NCBI GenBank assembly: GCA_964016885.1 | Contig: OZ024743.1 | Coordinates: 217,930,001 to 217,994,000, forward strand | DNA from: Eledone cirrhosa | Taxonomy: Eukaryota | Length of the DNA: 64,000 bases | Direction: 5' to 3' | Shown here: positions 1 to 12,450 of the stretch, in pieces | Layout: every line of letters starts with the position of its first letter | How positions within the stretch are numbered: the stretch's first letter is position 1 | Program-made: the position numbers and the translations under genes | Notes under the pieces: model-generated | Database searches by the model: none | What the model saw: the letters and a program-made list of their open reading frames with translations, nothing else | Told to the model about the DNA's origin: nothing

Positions 1-594
1 TGTGTATAAATATTTTTTTATAGATATATGTTTTTTATAGATATCTGTGTATGTACGTGCGTACCTATGTTTGTTTTCTTTTCTCTAGTGTTAATTGATT
101 ACTTTCTCTTTCATTTAAACATTTTTTTCATTCTCATATACTGTTTCATTTTTATACATATATCGAGAATGACACTTCTTTTTACTATTACACTCCCTTC
201 CCTCTTTATCTTCCGCATATAAGTGACCGCGAGTGTGTGTGTGTTTATACGCGTGCTTTCATACTCGTATGTGTATTTAATACCTATATCTGGAGGCGTG
301 TCAACTATATTATCATTTTCTTTTTCAACTCATATTATATCCGTATTTGTGGTCACATATACACAAATATACTTGCCCTCATATATGTACTTACGCACAC
401 ATTTTCACCATACACATGCATTTGTACATACACACATATGTACATTTGTGAGTGTATATACATACATATACATATACCTAAATATTTTTCCTTATATTTT
501 TTATATATTTTTTTATATATCTCTTGCATTACTTTTATTTATATATTTTTTGCATTTCTTGAGGAGACTTTCCAAATATTTCATTATGTTTTAT

Positions 595-672
595 ATTACC
601 TTGTCCGACGGACGAATGAGGACGTTTTTTTCGTATTCGTCTTATTCGGGAAACCTCTGGTAATGAGGTAAT
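595..672 (+). ncRNA. Degenerate type I hammerhead ribozyme motif
   Basis: Stem I ATTACCTTGT/ATGAGGTAAT (10 bp with G-U pairs). The core reads CCGACGG instead of CTGANGA. Stem II CGAATGAGGACG...CGTCTTATTCG, then GAAAC-CTCTG-GTA. Confidence 0.6.
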
Positions 673-773
673 TATATTTTTTGTTTATTATACATTAAAT
701 TTTGCTCTGGTGCTTACATAGAGCACTCTTCACTCCTATGACTTTTTCAATTTTCAACGGAAACGTCAGTACT

Positions 774-816
<43 letters not shown>

Positions 817-959
817 GATAATTATTTTTATTCGACATTCGAAGCTTCGGGGTTTTTCATCATAAGATATATATATATCATCCAAAGTGTCTCAATTGGT
901 GAAACCGAGAATTGACTAGAGGCTCCCTGTATGTGGTACCGAGGTTCACGAGAGAATGC

Positions 960-1400
960 ACTTTGAAAGCCTCAAATCTATTGTTCTAAAAACAGGCTGA
1001 GATGGAGTGGTCACATGGTGCGATTTGATAATAATACTAATGAAATTATTGTGTACAGTGCTCAGATGGACTACAACTCATCAAAGGTGCATGTATAGTG
1101 CATAGAATAATGTACAAATGTCAGGGAAGTGAATAGTGTATGAGTCATTATATACATGTGTGCGTGTGTATGGAGGGGGAGTATTAGGTGTAGTGTTGGC
1201 GAATCTCGGGAAGCATTGAGGTTTTAAAGGATGATGATGATGGCCTATTTCCCAAGTGTGCAGACCTGAGCTAGGAACATATATAAGGACTGTATTAAAT
1301 AGTTACTTTTAAGAGCTAACATCAATACTACAACATTGGAAACTGAGGCCTTTAACAGAATTAAGTGGTGAACGATGGTTTATCAAGGAAATATTATTTT
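960..1400 (+). mobile_element. Decayed RTE-like LINE 3' fragment, interrupted by an opposite-strand LINE-like 3' end at about 1040-1235
   Basis: Translations KNRLRWSGHMVR (~988-1023) and ETEAFNRIKW (~1339-1368) match the RTE C-terminal RLRWxGHxxR and WE..A.DR..W motifs. Confidence 0.5.
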
Positions 1401-1744
1401 CGTGATATCTCGGCTACAACACGAGAAATTTAATACGGACATCAGAAAGGGTCTTGCTTCCAAATTACCAGAACAAACTGGTGATTATTATTGGTAAACA
1501 TTCGAATTCTGTATCAGATTCTGTTACAGCAAGGCTGGTAAGAATGTTATATTCGCAGTCATGAATATAGAGCTCCTGCCGATTACCAAATTGACATGGC
1601 CTTAAATATAACATACAGAAACTGTGGCAAAGAATGCAAGTCTGTTTACGCCCTAAGAAGGGACATCAAAGTGCATAATGAGCCTCAGGCGTCCGATAAC
1701 TTTGTAATGAGAGCTCTGCAGGCCTGCCAACTCACGCCAAAACA

Positions 1745-2240
1745 CTGTATGGGATCAAATTGTATGTGAAACACAACAAATTTGTGGGACTGAAACATTT
1801 AATTCTTTAAAGCAAGCTTATGGAGATACCTCTCTATCGATATGCAAGGATTTAAAGTTCCACAAAGATTTTAAAGGGGGCGGAATAAATGTTGATGATG
1901 AACCTCGTCAGAAAAGTCTCATCAATAAATGAAAATAATGAATATTTTTTTCCATTAGGCACTGAACGCACTCAGACAGCAGTTTGTATTAGAGAATTTC
2001 TGGGGAAGAATACATTCCCACATTTCCACATCCTCCATTACACAGTCCGACCTAGGTCAGTATGATTTCTACCTTTTTCCTGAGTTGAGATCGAAGTTGA
2101 AATGTCATCATTTTGGGAATGTGGAAAACATGCAAACAATTGCAACCGAAGACACACAGAAAATTACTTTCGGTACTGCTATGATCAATGGAAAGAAAGT
2201 GTGACTTCCCAAGAGTCGTATTTAAAGGAGATAACTTGTA
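1745..2240 (+). pseudogene. Mariner (Tc1/mariner) transposase relic, internally deleted
   Basis: Translates to ETFNSLKQAYGDTSLS..FHKDFKGGGINVDDEPR (HTH region). A later frameshifted part gives PHPP..SPDL..YDFYLFPELRSKLKCHHF (YSPDLAPxD region). Confidence 0.8.
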
Positions 2241-2252
2241 ATTTCAAGTACG

Positions 2253-2309
<57 letters not shown>

Positions 2310-2488
2310 TGGATGAATACCTCAACAGGTACTATGTACTTATAGAAATATGCAAGTTGTTTATAATATTTGTGGTTCAATGGTACTAATTCGAGACACC
2401 AGAAAAATATAAAAAGTTGCGGAGCAAGCGGTTATCAAACAATTCTCTAAATAAATTAAAAACGATTTAAATAATCACCTGTTCTGTT

Positions 2489-2569
2489 GCTGTTACCGAC
2501 GGTTTCATCATTCCAAAAGATTGGAAATCCAGAGAATTTCCAATGGAAAGAAATGAATCATCAGACAGC
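2489..2569 (-). ncRNA. Type I hammerhead ribozyme
   Basis: Minus strand reads GCTGT-CTGATGA-(long stem II containing ATTGGAAAT/ATTTCCAAT)-GAAA-CCGTCGG-TA-ACAGC. Confidence 0.8.
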
Positions 2570-2929
2570 CTATTTCCACACCATAAGGTTGCAAGCCCTA
2601 TAGTAAGTAAATATTTCGCTTCCTGCCCACCGCATGCGGTCAAGCCGTTAAAATAACACACACGCAAAATCAGGTCGCTGATAATAGCTGTTTATTATAA
2701 ACATGTTGATATTGCCACTAAAATTAGCAGCATTATTCAACGTTTTGTTCCCTACATAAGGAGAAAAATTATAAAAGTGGATGAATACCTCAACAGGTAC
2801 TATGTACTTGTAGAAATATGCAAGTTGTTTATAATATTTGTGGTTCAACAACGACTTGACCGCATGCGGTGGGCAGGAAGCGAAATATTTACTTACTATA
2901 GGGCTTGCAACCTTATGGTGTGGAAATAG

Positions 2930-3010
2930 GCTGTCTGAAGATTCATTTCTTTCCATTGGAAATTCTCTGGATTTCCAATCTTTTGGAATGATGAAACCGT
3001 CGGTAACAGC
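2930..3010 (+). ncRNA. Type I hammerhead ribozyme
   Basis: GCTGT-CTGAAGA-(long stem II)-GAAA-CCGTCGG-TA-ACAGC. Stem I is GCTGT/ACAGC and the predicted cleavage triplet is GUA. Confidence 0.8.
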
Positions 3011-3083
3011 AACAGAACAGGTGATTATTTAAATCGTTTTTTAATTTATTTAGAGAATTGTTTGATAACGCTTACTCCGCAAC

Positions 3084-3133
<50 letters not shown>

Positions 3134-3174
3134 GATTGTATGTATGTATATTTATACATATAATATGATTGTAT

Positions 3175-3257
<83 letters not shown>

Positions 3258-4141
3258 CGTGTGTACGTGCGTGTATGTATATGCCTGTATGTGTGTTTTT
3301 ATTTGTCTGAGGGTCTGTTCAGTCGAGAGCTTGTGTGCATGCGCGCGCGTTTGTTTCCGTGTCTATTCTTTGAGTGTGACAAGAATATATCTGAATACGA
3401 TATTACTGATAATGTTTTTGCTTCTCGCTGAAGCTTCCTCTACAAATGCAAAGTTTATTTCGCTTTCGTCTCCTCTGCCACGAACGAAAATTGACTATAT
3501 TGACTATAAGACATATTCTAGATAGACATAAGACGTATTTACAATATCTTGTAATATCATGATGAAGGGAAAATCAATTGGCACTTTCCCAGTATTTCTT
3601 GGCATGGTATGAATGCTCGATTGTATCATTAGATTTGGCTATCATGTTTATCCTCAAGTTAGGAAGTCAATCAGTAAAATAATACGTCACCTCTGTATTA
3701 CAGTTGAACATTCATTGGTTACTTTTAATTATTCACTAAAGGTTTAACTAATGAATTGTAAATTTGCGCCAGATGGCCTCCGTATTTACATTACAATATA
3801 TACATCATAGAGATAGTATTTTTTTAATTTTCGTGAACAAGCATTATTCATGTGCTGCAGCAAACAAATTTACTGCGGCAAGAGGCATTGATGTCTAACT
3901 AGTATTACATATTTGTCATGGGGAGATTCTCCAAGGTGAATTATATATTTATGGTTCAGTTAATTTCAGATAGACAGACACAAAGATAGAATATCAGACA
4001 GGCAAATTGATACATAGATAGATATCTATATAAATAGATAGATACATACTTATATACAGCGAAAAAAATGTATGCATATATGTGCGTATGTAATGTATGT
4101 GCATGTTTCTATAGGTATGTGACGGGATTTTACATCTCTCG

Positions 4142-4217
<76 letters not shown>

Positions 4218-4341
4218 CGCCAAATATTGATGCACTCCAAATAAAGCACTCGACACATTTTTTCCACATAGAGAAAACGGAGTATATTTAGAATGAGAAA
4301 ATGCGAAGTAGTTTCAGATGTTAAAGTCCTTTATTGGTAAT

Positions 4342-4415
4342 GTTGTGATACATATTTCAATAACTACAGTGGTCACACGATCCGTCTACCCAGTGCCGTG
4401 ACATCATCAGACAGC
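4342..4415 (-). ncRNA. Type I hammerhead ribozyme
   Basis: Minus strand reads GCTGT-CTGATGA-(stem II containing CACG/CGTG)-GAAA-TATGTA-TC-ACAAC. Stem I has one mismatch. Confidence 0.65.
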
Positions 4416-5373
4416 TTCTTATATAATTGAGTTACGTTCCCAAGGCAATAGAAACAGAAACGACGAGGGAACAGACAAGGCATGTGTTATTGGTTCGCCT
4501 GCCCGTTCCCCTGTGGTCCACAATTCACCTCAACAATTCTAACTTGATCTCCACGCCGATACACACGTTTGCCTTTCTCATATATATTTTTTCTCATACT
4601 TTTTCTCATGCATGTTCCCTCTCTCATTTGCATATATGTACCTTTCCTTTGGTTTTGTTTTGATTCATGTGGTAGAAGAAGATATCAACTAATTACTACG
4701 TTTCATACCTTAATTTATCTTCTGTTCTACTATACGGTACTATCGTCCAATATTTTGATAATAATATATATGATAATACATCTGAAGTATCCAATATAGA
4801 CCCCCTTTTCTAAACTTCTTACTTTAATTTAAATCTCTCCCTATTTACTCTTTATAAATCATTTTTTTTTTATTCAGTTCAATCAAGGTTTTAACGTTTA
4901 ATTTTTAATTTCCACTGTGAAACCATAATATCTAGAGATAAGCTTATATTCCCAAAGCCATTGTCCAGGCATAAATTAGGGGTAGTATTAAAATAAAGTA
5001 CCAGTAATGCACTGGGTATTTGCTGGCCTTGTACCTAAAGTAGAAACAAGTATTAGATCCTACTAGAATTCTTACTATGCCACCACCACCTGACTTCGGC
5101 TAGCTATCACTCGCAGCATAATTTAACAGTGTCATATTACAAACCTGGACGGGGTGGTGGTTTGGTAGGAGGGGGCGACGGGACATGACGAGGCTAGTTT
5201 TTAATGAGTTTGGTGTAGTGGATGACCAGCTTTCGTTTGTGCCTGTGCAGAATTGCTGAGGTGAATTGTTGACCACAGGGGAACGGGCAGGCGAACCAAG
5301 AACACACACCTTGTCTGTTCCATCGTCGTTTCTGTTTCGATTGCCATGGGAACGTAACCTTATTATATAAGAA

Positions 5374-5448
5374 GTTGTCTGATGATGTCACGGCACTGGG
5401 TACACGGAATCGTGTGACCACTGTTGCCATTGAAATATGTATCACAGC
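5374..5448 (+). ncRNA. Type I hammerhead ribozyme
   Basis: GTTGT-CTGATGA-(TGTCACGGCACTGGGTACACGGAATCGTGTGACCACTGTTGCCATT)-GAAA-TATGTA-TC-ACAGC. Confidence 0.75.
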
Positions 5449-5499
5449 ATTACCAACAAAGGTCTTTAACATCTGAAACTACTTCGCATTTTATCATTC

Positions 5500-5570
<71 letters not shown>

Positions 5571-5749
5571 ACACTGGTTTCTACATGAGTACGGCAGGGC
5601 CAACAACAGTATTAGATCTCCATGTAGTCCTGGAGTAACAATTCCAGCGAGATCAGGTAATGGGAATTCTCATTTTTGCAGGAAATTTTCATCATATCGG
5701 ATCCCATTGTGCATTCTAAACGAGCTACATTCACACATACACATCAAAA

Positions 5750-5840
<91 letters not shown>

Positions 5841-6374
5841 ATATATATACATGCATAAATATATGTATATATATATATATATATACATATATATATACAC
5901 AGTTCAAGAGTAACCAATCTTAAAGAGAGAGATGGAGATAGGAGAGGAGATATGAGAGGAAAGATTGGTGAATTAGTTAGAAGCCAAAGCGTAAAGGCAT
6001 GTGCTCAATGTGCAATATGCAATGGAAGGGAGCTAGGTGGCTGGGTTCATGCAGAGGTTAGGTACGCAGAGCTGGAAATATTCATTAGTTAAGCAAAACA
6101 AGACCACAAATTTCACAAGGAAGACATTATTAAAAGATTGTCAACATATTTTAGTTTGATGTAAGGAATGTAGAGAATAATAATAATAATAATATTAATA
6201 ATAATAATATTAAAAATAATAATAATAATGTCCGTTTACAATTGTTTCGCTACTCCATATTATATTTCTGGGTCAGATGACTATATATCATAATTGATCT
6301 GGTTCAGTTGAAAATAATTAACATATTTAAAAGACAGAGCGGCTCATCGGACCTTCAAAGGAATATAAATTAAA

Positions 6375-6553
6375 ATAATTGTTTCTACTTTAGGCACAAG
6401 GCCAGCAATTACCCAGTGCATTACTGGTACTTTATTTTATCGACCCGTAAGGATGAAAGGCAAGGTCAACCTCGGCGGGATTTGAACTGAGATCGAAAGG
6501 GACGTAACTATGCTGGAAAGCATGGCGTCCGACCCTCTATCGATACTGCAAAT
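6375..6553 (-). mobile_element. tRNA-derived SINE (main family in this window)
   Basis: Minus strand has an A-box-like GCAGTATCGATAGAG and a B-box GTTCAAATCC, the core GCCTTTCATCCTTACGGGTCGATAAAATAAAGTACCAGT, and the tail GGCCTTGTGCCTAAAGTAGAAACAATTATT. About 15 copies or fragments occur in the window. Confidence 0.85.
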
Positions 6554-7195
6554 ATACATTAAAATAATGAGAGAATGTTACATAATATAATGTTCCATAT
6601 ACACCCTAACCAATAACCAACCAGCTTTCTCACAAGGTATATCATTTATGTACGTATCTCCCTTCTAATTGCATTGGGGGATTAATAGACCTGTGGCATT
6701 CATCATCTCCGTGAATATAGAGGTTCATTTGTTATTTGCCAGATTAGCGACATCAATTCCTTGACATACAAAATTCACATAAGCTTAGCATTGATTCCTC
6801 TATCAAAAAGGACACAACACTATAATTTCATAATTTCATATTTGGTTGTCTCAGAAGTAATCTTTCCAACCGGTATTTGCAGTTAATAGGTATTTGCAGA
6901 ATTGATGTGCAGGATTGATACATTGGTCTTACACGTTAACGTAGTTAATATAATTTGTTGCCAATGATAAAAACGTAACTGAGACTTAACTTTGTTGCCC
7001 AAGAAGAAATGATCTGAAATACATTTTTTTATCGATATGGAAGTTCAAGTTGACTTTCAGGGAGAATGAGATAATTCTGAATGACATTTCGTAATTACTT
7101 ATTTATATTATGCGCATGTGTATGCGTGTATGCGCACGTGTGTGTGTGAGTGCGTTTTTTGTGTATGTTTTTATATGCTTTCATGTATATCTATA

Positions 7196-7500
7196 GGTGC
7201 ATGGCTTTGTAGTTAAAGAGTTGAATTCACAATCGGCTGGTGGTGAGTTCGATTACAAGACTTGGGTGATGTGCTGTGTCATTGAGCAAGAAAGTATATT
7301 TCAAGTTGCTCCTGTGACTCAGTTGTTGAAATCAGTTGCGGCGTCACTGGATGAGATCTGTGGCGTAGAGAGGGGAGACTGGTATGCATGGGAGACTGTT
7401 GGTCTTCTTCAATTACACTTTTCCCTGGTTTATCCATCGGAGGGGAATATTCTAGGTGCAAAACCCATAGTCATACATAGCCGAAATGGTCTTTAAACTA
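7196..7500 (+). mobile_element. Second, older tRNA-derived SINE family
   Basis: Head TGGCTTTGTAGTTAAAG...GAGTTCGATT, followed by a TGTGTCATTGAGCAAGA central-domain-like motif. Confidence 0.5.
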
Positions 7501-7891
7501 TGTGTGCGCATTGGTGTGTGTATTGTGTGTGCGTATCCACGTTGTTAATTGGATAAATACTCTAGCATATGAAACAGCCTTTTCTTAGTATCTTGTTTCC
7601 TAAAACCATAGTAAAATAACGTTGTTTTGAGAATATATCAATAATTTTTCTTGGTGATGATAAAAAGAAGTTAGAGTTTCTGTCGAGTTCTGCCGATAAA
7701 TGTTTGTCATTTATTGAGTTTTCTATAGTGCTTATAGGTACTTGTATCTAAGCTCGGATACTTTCTGGTTATTGCAAGTACATTGTAGAAAACCGTTTAA
7801 CAAATGTATGATCAAAGATCAATATTGCAAAGATTCGTTAGTTACACATACGTCTGTCTCTAAACTTACTGAACTAGTTAGCTATGTCGCA

Positions 7892-8409
<518 letters not shown>

Positions 8410-11400
8410 ACGAAGTCAGCGAAGGAAAAATGAAACATGTGTCAGTGAAAACGAGGTAAACTGTAACACTTCGAGTCCCAGGGTTGGGGCGGAATCACTG
8501 GCAACAGAACAAATTAAAGAAAGGATCGAAAAAGTGGAGGGAGTGCATGCTCAGGATGAAACTCCAAATGAAAATAATGAGATCGTAAATGATAAGGAAA
8601 TGAATGAGAATGAACTTGCCAACTTGAAGGATGAAATTATGATCGAATGGATGAAAATGAAAGAATCTGACATGGGGCAACGAGACACCCTCCCTAAGAT
8701 CCAGAACTACAAACAGAACCAAAAGATAATACACAAGACTAACATAATTCTCAAAAACATTATCATCACAAACAAACTAAACATTACTGATTTAAATCAT
8801 CTCTATTATGCATCGGCTAAAGTCACCACTCACTTATGTGGAGTGAAGATGAAAAAACAAAGGAATTCCCACAAGAAATCTACTTGGCAAGAGAACATCA
8901 ATCGCCAAATAAACCTTCTCCGATCGGACATAGAAATTTTAACAAACTATAAAGTAGGTGAACATGTTAAACAAACTAAACTTAGAAAATTGAAAAAAAA
9001 AGTACAGTATAAAATCAACATGTGACATAGACATGCTGATAGAAATAATCAAGCAAAAAGTGTCGGCCAAAGCTGCTCGTATAAGGCGCTTTGAAAAACG
9101 ATCTAGATTCTATAAGGACAATAATATGTTCAAAAACAACCAAAGAAACTTCTACAGAAAAATTGGTAAGTCAACAATAACTGCTAAATCAATGCCACCC
9201 AAGGAGGAAGTGCAAGAATTCTGGGAAAAGATCTGGGCCGAAGAAAAAGTTCATAACATACATGCCCCATGGATAGACAGACAAATGAAAGATACAGCTC
9301 ACCTTGAGGAACAAACATTGGAAAATATAACAGTTGAACAGTTGCGCTTGGCTCTAAGAAAAACCAGCAAATGGAAATCCCCAGGAAAAGACAAAATACA
9401 AAACTTTTGTATAAATGCCTTCACAGAGTCTCATGAGCTGTTAGCCCAACTTTACAATGAAATAGTTAAGGAGCCAGAAAAGATACCTTCATGGCTAGTT
9501 AACGGCATTACATTCCTGCTTCCGAAGAATGATGAGACAAACAATCCCAAAAATTACAGACCGATAACTTGCTTGACCACAATGTATAAAATGTTGACAT
9601 CAGTCCTAACTGAATACACATATGACCACCTGATAACAAATGACCTATTTCCCATTGAGCAGAAATGATGTAAACGAGGCTCATATGGCTGTAAGGATCA
9701 GCTTCTGGTTAACAAAATGATACTGGAAGATTGTCATAATAGACACAAAAATCTATCGATTGCTTGGATAGATTATAAAAAAGCATTTGATAGTTTGCCA
9801 CACAGTTGGATTGAAAAATGTTTAGAGATTTTCAAAGTATCCCCCGTTGTCAGGAGGTTTTTGTCATTCAGTATGAAGACATGGAAAACGACACTCCTTT
9901 TGAATAGTGAAACAAAATAAATCACTGGAAGCTGGAGAAGTTAATATTAATTGTGGAATTTTTCAGGGTGACTCTTTATCACCGCTTTTATTCTGCATCG
10001 CACTTATACCATTAAGTAAAATGCTCAATGAAACAAAACATGGATATAAAGTCTATGACAAAACCATTAATCACCTGTTCTACATGGATGACCTGAAACT
10101 ATTTGCAAAAAATGATGAACAATTGCAAGGGCTATTATCCACTGTGAAGCAGTTCAGTGATGACATTAAAATGGAGTTTGGACTAGACAAATGCGCCAAA
10201 GCAACGTTCACCAGAGGAAAGCTGCTGAAGAGTTCAGACATTAATCTTGATCGGGGGAACGTGATAAGAGAACTTGATCAAGAAAAAACTTACAAATATC
10301 TAGGTGTTTGTGAAGGAGACGGAATCAAGCACTCGACAACGAGGGAAAGGATAAGGAAGGAATGTTACCGCAGAGTAAGAGCAATCTTAAGAACGGAATT
10401 GAATGCAAGGAATAGGATCGATGCCATAAACACGCTTGCCATACCAGTAGTAACCTACAGTTACAATGTCATCAACTGGTCAAGCACAGAGATCCGTAGG
10501 CTCGATACAAAAATTCGAAAATTCTTAACCATGCACAGAATGCATCACCCTAAGGCAGATATAGATAGAATATATCTCCCTAGGAAAGAAGGAGGACGTG
10601 GGTTAATCCAGTTAGACATTGCGTTGAAAACTGCAACAATTGGATTATCTACATATCTAAGGGAATCACATGATTGGATGATCAAACTCATTTTGAAACA
10701 CGAAACCATCAAAAGATCATATTCCATTACAAAAGATGCACAAAGATACAGTAATGGACTACAAATTTCAGAAGTCCCATTTACTGCTGAAATGGAAAAC
10801 ACAGAAAAAGCAAAGCAGGTAAAAGTAACTGCAAAGAAAGAACTGCTAAAGAAACTGGCTAAGAAATGGCAAGAAAAGCCTCTGTATGGAAAATACCCAG
10901 AGCGAGCTAACAATCCTGATGTTGACAAAACTTTAACCCATCAGTGGTTGGCATCCTCTGGACTGAAATCGGAGACTGAAGGACTGATTATATCGGCACA
11001 AGATCAGTGTCTGCCAACAAAAAATTACCAAGCCAACATTATAAAAAATGGGTGCAGCCCATTATGCCGTGTATGCAAAAAACAACCAGAGACCATTGAC
11101 CATATAATTTCAATGTGCAGTCCTATAGCTCCAACCGAATACCTAAACAGGCATGACAGAGCTGCACAATACATACATTGGATAATGTGTAAGCATTTTG
11201 ACCTGCCCCATCAAAAGAATTGGTGGGAGCATCAACCACCTCCCATACTTGAATAAGATCACATCTCAATCTTGTGGAACTTTAGCATCCAAACAGACCG
11301 AAAAACAGATGCAAACAGAGCTGATATAATATTGAAAGACTTTCAAAAGAGGGTATGCCTGCTAATTGATATGTCTGTTCCAATAGACAAGAATGTATCT

Positions 11401-11774
11401 ATAAAAACATTTGAAAAATTGAGCAAGTATAAGGACCTGGAGATAGAAATTGGAAAAATGTGGAAATTGAGAACTAAAACAATACCAGTGGTTGTAGGCG
11501 CTCTGGGAATGATACCTAAGGGGTCTAATGATTACATATCGCAAATCCCAGGAAACCCGCGTATAGGAGAAATACAAAAGATAGTATTAATGGGAACTGC
11601 CCATATACTAAAGAAGATTCTGTCAATATAAGTACATCACAAGTCTAAACACTAAAGATGCATGTGTGAATATGTATGTTCTTTCTTGAACATGGCGGAC
11701 CTTGTTGTCTCTTGAGGTCACTGGTTGTGACTTGGTGATAACTCGTATGAACATAAAGCAAGATAAATGCAACT

Positions 11775-11820
<46 letters not shown>
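8410..11820 (+). mobile_element. RLE-type non-LTR retrotransposon (R4/Dong-like), disrupted ORF, (AAT)n tail
   Basis: RT motifs [28 protein letters not shown] and FYMDDLKLFA. CCHC CRVCKKQPETIDHIISMC, RHD, and RLE RADII..D..KY. Frameshifts near 9000 and 9910, in-frame stops at 9666 and 11254. Confidence 0.93.
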
Positions 11821-11821
<1 letters not shown>

Positions 11822-12205
11822 CGTGCCTGATTGTGGATGTCGCCTGCCCATTCGATACGAGAGTGCAAGCGAAGGAGAGGGAGAAAATTAACCGATACCA
11901 GGACTTAAAGTGGGAGGTAAAAAGGATTTGGAACTGCCATGAAGTCAAAGTGATCCCGATTGTCATAGGCGCACTAGGGACTATCTCAAAAGATTTCCAT
12001 GGATGGTTAAAGAAAATTGGCCCCTTCACGCTTTTTGGAACGCTTCAAAAGGCATGCTTGCTGGGAACAGCAAGAACCCTCCGATACGTCCTGAATATCT
12101 GAGGCTGCAGGTAGTGGCTTGATATTCATTTCAACAAACTATCCAGTTAACTAACATCAATGACTGAGACTCAAAGAGTAATGGCAATGATAATAATAAT
12201 AATAA
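11821..12205 (+). mobile_element. 3' fragment of a different RLE-type LINE family
   Basis: DVACPFD...KINRYQDLKWE...PIVIGALG...LQKACLLGTARTLRYVL*, then a short UTR and an (AAT)n tail. Confidence 0.85.
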
Positions 12206-12450
12206 TGATTTATTTATTAACCACAAGGGTTTACATAAAGTAGACATTAAGGACAGTGCATTTCAATACAGGACGGTACAAATGGGCATTTCTGCGTGTA
12301 AAAAAACAGAGGATGTAATAAAAAATAACAATGAAAAATTCCCCAATAGGGGGGGAGACTTCCGAGAGACATTTGTGGAGAAAGCCCATTAAAAGGCCAG
12401 TGACCCTGACCACCATGGCAAGTGCCCTCTCCCAGTTTTCCACCTTTAAT

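Larger units (their letters stand above)
2305..3088. mobile_element. Penelope pseudo-LTR-like non-coding element in (TA)n with a direct repeat plus an inverted repeat
   Basis: 2305-2380 is directly repeated at 2773-2848. About 2410-2645 is inverted at about 2855-3088. (TA)n flanks both ends, and each inverted arm carries a hammerhead motif. Confidence 0.8.
4290..5500. mobile_element. Diverged inverted-repeat element (arms about 4290-4545 and 5230-5500) with a hammerhead in each arm
   Basis: AGAATGAGAAAATGCGAAGTAGTTTCAGATGTTAAAG is mirrored by CTTTAACATCTGAAACTACTTCGCATTTTATCATTCT. The right end abuts (TA)n. Confidence 0.75.

Noticed and set aside
2467-3032. Duplicated 64-66 aa ORFs (LTACGGQEAKY...) as a small gene pair
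   Set aside because: They arise from the inverted repeat, lack ATG starts and overlap the ribozyme motif.
9666-9668. In-frame TGA in the RT as possible selenocysteine or readthrough
   Set aside because: It falls at the usual Gly of EQKGC (GGA>TGA), and the element has other stops and frameshifts, so this is ordinary decay.
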